From Hydrolagus colliei (lineage: Eukaryota): 64,000 nucleotides of DNA. Of this stretch, positions 60,001 through 64,000 are shown in pieces. Numbering within the stretch: position 1 is the stretch's first letter; the number at the start of each line of letters is the position of its first letter. A program made the position numbers and the translations under genes. The notes beneath the pieces were generated by a model, which saw nothing but the letters and a program-made list of their open reading frames with translations, was not told where the DNA came from and ran no database searches. The stretch lies in contig CM068754.1 in assembly GCA_035084275.1 (NCBI GenBank), positions 15,004,001 through 15,068,000 of the forward strand, in the 5' to 3' direction.

Positions 60001-60681
60001 TTGTTGACAAGTTTACTAACTAAAAAAGGAGAAAAGGATATATTCAATGCATAGAACACCTATTTCATACTGGATGTAAATCACCCTTTTTGAATTGCAT
60101 TTTTAATTTCATATATGCAATTCACCAAATTCAACTTAAATAATATTTTTGGCGATATTCAAATGATCTTCTGTCACTTTGACAGAGATTCAAACCACCA
60201 CAGCCAACTGAGTTAATGAAAATTAAGACTATGCCAGCAATTGACTTGATAGGAATAAAGCAGTGAGGATGACGAATAATTCACAGTGAAATTAAGGCCA
60301 TCTTTATAAACAGATACAAACTATAAAACAAAGTCAACCTTGAGGTATTTGTCATCCCACTTACAAGAAGTAATGAAAATAATTTCACTGTTGTGGCATC
60401 ACAACAGTTTATATTAATGAAATTAATATAAACTTGATAAAAAGACAACTTTGTAATGTTACTGAATACCATCTTATAAAACATGCTTGATTGCTGAAAG
60501 ATATAAAAGAATTGCAAGCAGTATGACAAGTATTACAGAACATAAGATAAATAGCAGGGGAGGAGAACCAATCATCTCAATCCATAAGGTAACTCACCTG
60601 CCTCTTAAATTCATCAGTCGGATCATAAACTTTCCAACCATCTTCATAATATTGCTCCCTATTTTCAAATGCAAAAAATTG
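53837..60681 (-). CDS. MTM1: Myotubularin, 5'-partial (exons 7-15 equivalents); upstream exons lie beyond the window
   Basis: Nine exons with the same phases and near-identical sizes as MTMR1. MTM1-type [53 protein letters not shown] and HCSDGWDRT. Tandem upstream of MTMR1 as in human. Confidence 0.93.
54340..54478 (+). mobile_element. CR1 LINE 3' end
   Basis: gatgggccgaatggcctcct...ttctatgattctatga terminal repeat. Confidence 0.8.
54568..54663 (+). mobile_element. SINE 3' fragment
   Basis: cagtcaattcactttacagtatattctgtgaagcgc...ggattattatta. Confidence 0.82.
54739..54915 (-). CDS. MTM1: MTM1 exon ([12 protein letters not shown]...WNPWIRRQ)
   Basis: aag|...|gtatg, 177 nt. Confidence 0.94.
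55229..55342 (-). CDS. MTM1: MTM1 exon ([38 protein letters not shown])
   Basis: tag|...|gtttg, 114 nt. Confidence 0.95.
55891..55983 (-). CDS. MTM1: MTM1 exon ([31 protein letters not shown])
   Basis: cag|...|gtaaag, 93 nt. Confidence 0.95.
57656..57862 (-). CDS. MTM1: MTM1 catalytic exon ([13 protein letters not shown]...GHKFAM)
   Basis: tag|...|gtaag, 207 nt. Confidence 0.96.
58265..58450 (-). CDS. MTM1: MTM1 exon ([12 protein letters not shown]...WLEHIK)
   Basis: cag|...|gtaag, 186 nt. Confidence 0.95.
58563..58751 (-). CDS. MTM1: MTM1 exon ([19 protein letters not shown]...AVANK)
   Basis: aag|...|gtttg, 189 nt. Confidence 0.93.
59138..59293 (-). CDS. MTM1: MTM1 exon ([25 protein letters not shown]...FRSKARLP)
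   Basis: tag|...|gtgagt, 156 nt. Confidence 0.9.
60598..60681 (-). CDS. MTM1: MTM1 exon ([28 protein letters not shown])
   Basis: cag|...|gtgag, 84 nt. Confidence 0.92.
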
Positions 60682-62634
60682 CTGCAAGAAGCACAAAAGT
60701 AATGATGGAAACTAAATATGAATATTGTACATTTTTTAAAAACAAGTGGCAGAGCAATTGTGGTATTTTCTAATGGGACAATTCTCAAACCTGCTGGTCA
60801 AAAGCATAAAACAGATGAAAAAACTAACACTTAAGTTTTTATTATGTCAACATGCATTGGAACGTCCTCAGCATTTGAAGCATTCTAATTGAAGGACGAA
60901 AAACATAGGTGACACCATCCTCCTCTTAACTTTCATCTTTAATAGTTTCAATTGGACTCTGGCCTGGGCTGATTTAGTGGAAATATGTGGGTGGGGGGGG
61001 TGAAACATAATTTGCCAAAAATCTCCACGCTCATTTATTTCTACATGTGGTAGCAAATAAATTTTCTTGTTCCTCTAGGTTTTTTATTTTCAGCTTCTTA
61101 CTTATAGTACAATGAACCAAGTCTGAGGCAAGGCCAGTTGTAATACTCACTATATGATTTTCCAGTGCCGATACAAATATAAAATAACTACACAAAACTC
61201 AGAATAAAACAAAACCAAACAAAAATAGAAACTAAATCACTTTACATAGAGCATCAGTCAGAGTAGTAGATCAACCCCAGATGATAATGTACAAACCAAA
61301 TTTTAAAGATTAGTACATTTTGAAAGTCTTGTTGCACATAAGATTCTCCGATGGAATGGGGCTAAACAGGATTTAATTTCAAAGTTTGCCATCAACATAA
61401 AAATCATAGTGAAAATGTAAAATCTGAACAGTTTATGGAGAAAACATTGTCCTGAAGTCAGTCCTTAACCTGCTGTTAAGCACAGGCTTTATGGCAATGT
61501 TCTAATCCAATTTTCTGCCCAGATGATATTATGTTCCTACAGCATTATTTAAGGAACAGATTGAGTTTAAGAATTCGGTATCTTTCCCCTACCCCCAATA
61601 AATAATCTACATTCAAATTTCAATCTTTAAAACAGATAGATATTAAATCAAAAATATTAACCAAATAGTACCTAAAAAAAGCAGCTTCTGGGATTAGAAA
61701 CTAGGGGATGCTTTCTGTATTTTTACAAAATGCAAGAATTATTAAAACATCTGTATAGCTTTGTAACCAGCCTGGAATTGTCACGGTGAAGACGTTGCTA
61801 CATAACACAGGAGCAGAAATTATTTTTTATTACAGAATTATCAATGAAACAGAAGGTGAGGAAATCGTATATGGTTGTGTCGCAATAGGTTTTAAGGATT
61901 GGTCCAAAGAATGCCAATTTGGTAATTAAGACTGACATTTGAATAACTTTGTGAAAATTTGTTTTTATATAATGAGAAACATATTAGGGGGTGAAGCAGA
62001 GAGACATTCTGCCGTAATTTTCCCTGGAAGATTAAATAAATGGGGTAAAATTCACAATAGGGTAGATACACTAGAAGCAGCTTTGGAGGTCCAATATTTG
62101 TTTCATTGTGTTTTTATATTCTTATCCCATCCAGTTCTCTTCTATGAATAGCTTTACTCACACCATACTTCAACTCAGAAAATAGCATTTTTCCCAGCAG
62201 ACTTAAAGACCCTGTCTGGATACAGCAGTATTCCACTGCACATGGTTACCATTTGGTTTAATAGCAGTTCTGCTTTCCTGAAGGTCAAAACTGTAAAGAA
62301 TATGCTTTTACAAACTTGTCAATCTGAATCTTTTGGGTCAGAACAATGCTCCCAGATAATGATTAGGCAATTGCTTTACGTTTTGATTTTCCTGTTATTA
62401 ACAATTACACAGCATATTGTTCTATATAAAATACGCAACTAAAAATGCATGGAAATCATAACATTTATTTACTCTATACCCCAATTTTGGGAATAGAGGA
62501 GTCACATAAATGCAGGGTACTGCAGTAGGAAGTAAAAATAATGTTTTCCCATTGACTGGACAGAAGTCATCACATAGGAAGTAAAACGAGATGTAGGAAT
62601 TAGCTGCTCACCAGAACTAAACATCGTGAAGCAG

Positions 62635-62933
62635 GAATCCTTTGCTTTTGATATAACGCTTTTCACATCTTCTAGACACCTCAAAGAGCTTCACAGAATA
62701 TACTGGAAAGCAAATTGACTGTACATTTTGTGGAGAAACACAGCAGCCAATGGCACACAGCAGTGGCCCACAAATAGTCATTGATTGAAATGACCAATTT
62801 ATTAATATTAAGGGGATTATCATTATCAGGCGTGTGGATTAAGGAAACTTGGCCAAGGTTTCATCCTGCCTGGAATTGATCCCAGGTGTCTCGGATGCAA
62901 GGCGACTGCTGTAACCACTGAGCTACAGAACTC
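62635..62933 (-). mobile_element. Full-length tRNA-derived SINE
   Basis: Minus-strand head TGTAGCTCAGTGGTTACAGCAGTCGCC..GGGATCAATTCC, body and tail. Confidence 0.88.
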
Positions 62934-64000
62934 TACATACAAGGCAAAGAGGAAGCTGGGCCATATTTCCAACTGGGTAGAGTTCAGATTGTGTTCAGTG
63001 TTGTTTGGTATGATTGGCTGTTACTGAGGCTGTCCAGGACAGCAGTAAAGATGATACTGTTATGGAGTGTTAGAGAAAGTAGCAATGAGGAGTTGTTACT
63101 GAGGTGTATAGGATAATAAATGGAACTGAGAAAGAAACATCAGACCAATAATTTCAGATATCACACCCGGAACCAGATCAAAAAGGATACAAGATCAGGA
63201 TTGTGATGATCAACATCAAATAGTGAAGTGACCCCATTGGAAAGCAACTTGTTATAGCACAAGTTAATTTACACCAAGCGATGGGTATAACTATAGGGTG
63301 TTGGGACCTACTCCCACCATGAAAGGCGCTCTATAAATTGAATTTTATTTTGTTGTTCCAGCTCTGACTTTCTGCACAGAGTACAGAAGTCAGCCTTGAC
63401 CACTGTCACAAGGATTTTTTCGCACTTGTGGGACCGGTAGGTGCCAGAAGGAACATGAATGGTGAACTGATGATGACTTAGAAGAGGAAATGGCAGCCAT
63501 ATTTATATTGTGGATCTATTACAACAAAAATCTAACTTTATGTACCCAAAACACTGGGTTGAGTTGTATAAGGCCAATAGCGGGAAGTATTTCTTGATAC
63601 AGAGGGTAATCAAAGTTGTAATGGGTTACTAGGAAGAGAAGTAGAGGGCAGGACACCAGATTAAATAAAAGGAAACTATATGATACTGCAATGGGAAAAG
63701 GGTAGAGTGGATGTTTTGAAAGAGTAAGGAGCAAATGGGCTAAAGCACTGCACTTCACCAAAACCATTCTTGTGATTTAACTAATGGCAAAAGAAAATAT
63801 AACTACAATTAAAATATGATTTACATTGTAAATGTAACTACTGAATATCTTTAAACCCAGAGTGTTCCATTTATATAGCGATTTTCCCTCTGAAAAAAGT
63901 GCCCCATTCAAAATAATCATTTTCCAGGCTAAAGTAACAAAGGCCATTATATTCCAGTGGCAAGCTATATTTTGTAGCTATAATAAATTTGTGCCCATGA

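Noticed and set aside
60682-64000. Next upstream MTM1 exon (DMRNLRF type)
   Set aside because: Not found; the candidate acceptor near 62391 hits stops in all frames. The exon presumably lies beyond the window.
1-64000. CRISPR arrays, prokaryotic operons, rRNA
   Set aside because: Spliced vertebrate locus; recurring sequences are dispersed SINE/LINE copies and microsatellites, not regularly spaced repeats.

Overview
Vertebrate genomic DNA. Shark-type SINE/L2/CR1 repeats and compact introns suggest a cartilaginous fish such as a chimaera (inference). The window carries the conserved CD99L2-MTMR1-MTM1 block known from human Xq28. CD99L2 is on + with nine coding exons (9100-26085); its signal-peptide exon is not in the window. 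MTMR1 is complete on - with 15 constitutive exons (49572-32451, about 650 aa). The 3' part of MTM1 is on - with nine exons (60681-53837) and continues beyond the window. Exons were read by hand: each has AG/GT boundaries and the phases join into open frames. Repeats: about 15 tRNA-derived L2-tailed SINEs, one older Deu-domain SINE, L2 and CR1 fragments, two Tigger/pogo-type MITEs and a degenerate Penelope-type hammerhead at the left edge. The most interesting region is MTMR1 intron 2. It holds the conserved 24-nt microexon (VCRRPDIR), a candidate 69-nt GC-AG cassette, a candidate 17-nt poison exon, and a candidate alternative last exon that would convert the MTMR1 N-terminus into a short, phosphatase-less, tail-anchored membrane protein ending [25 protein letters not shown]. 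All candidate exons are unconfirmed predictions.
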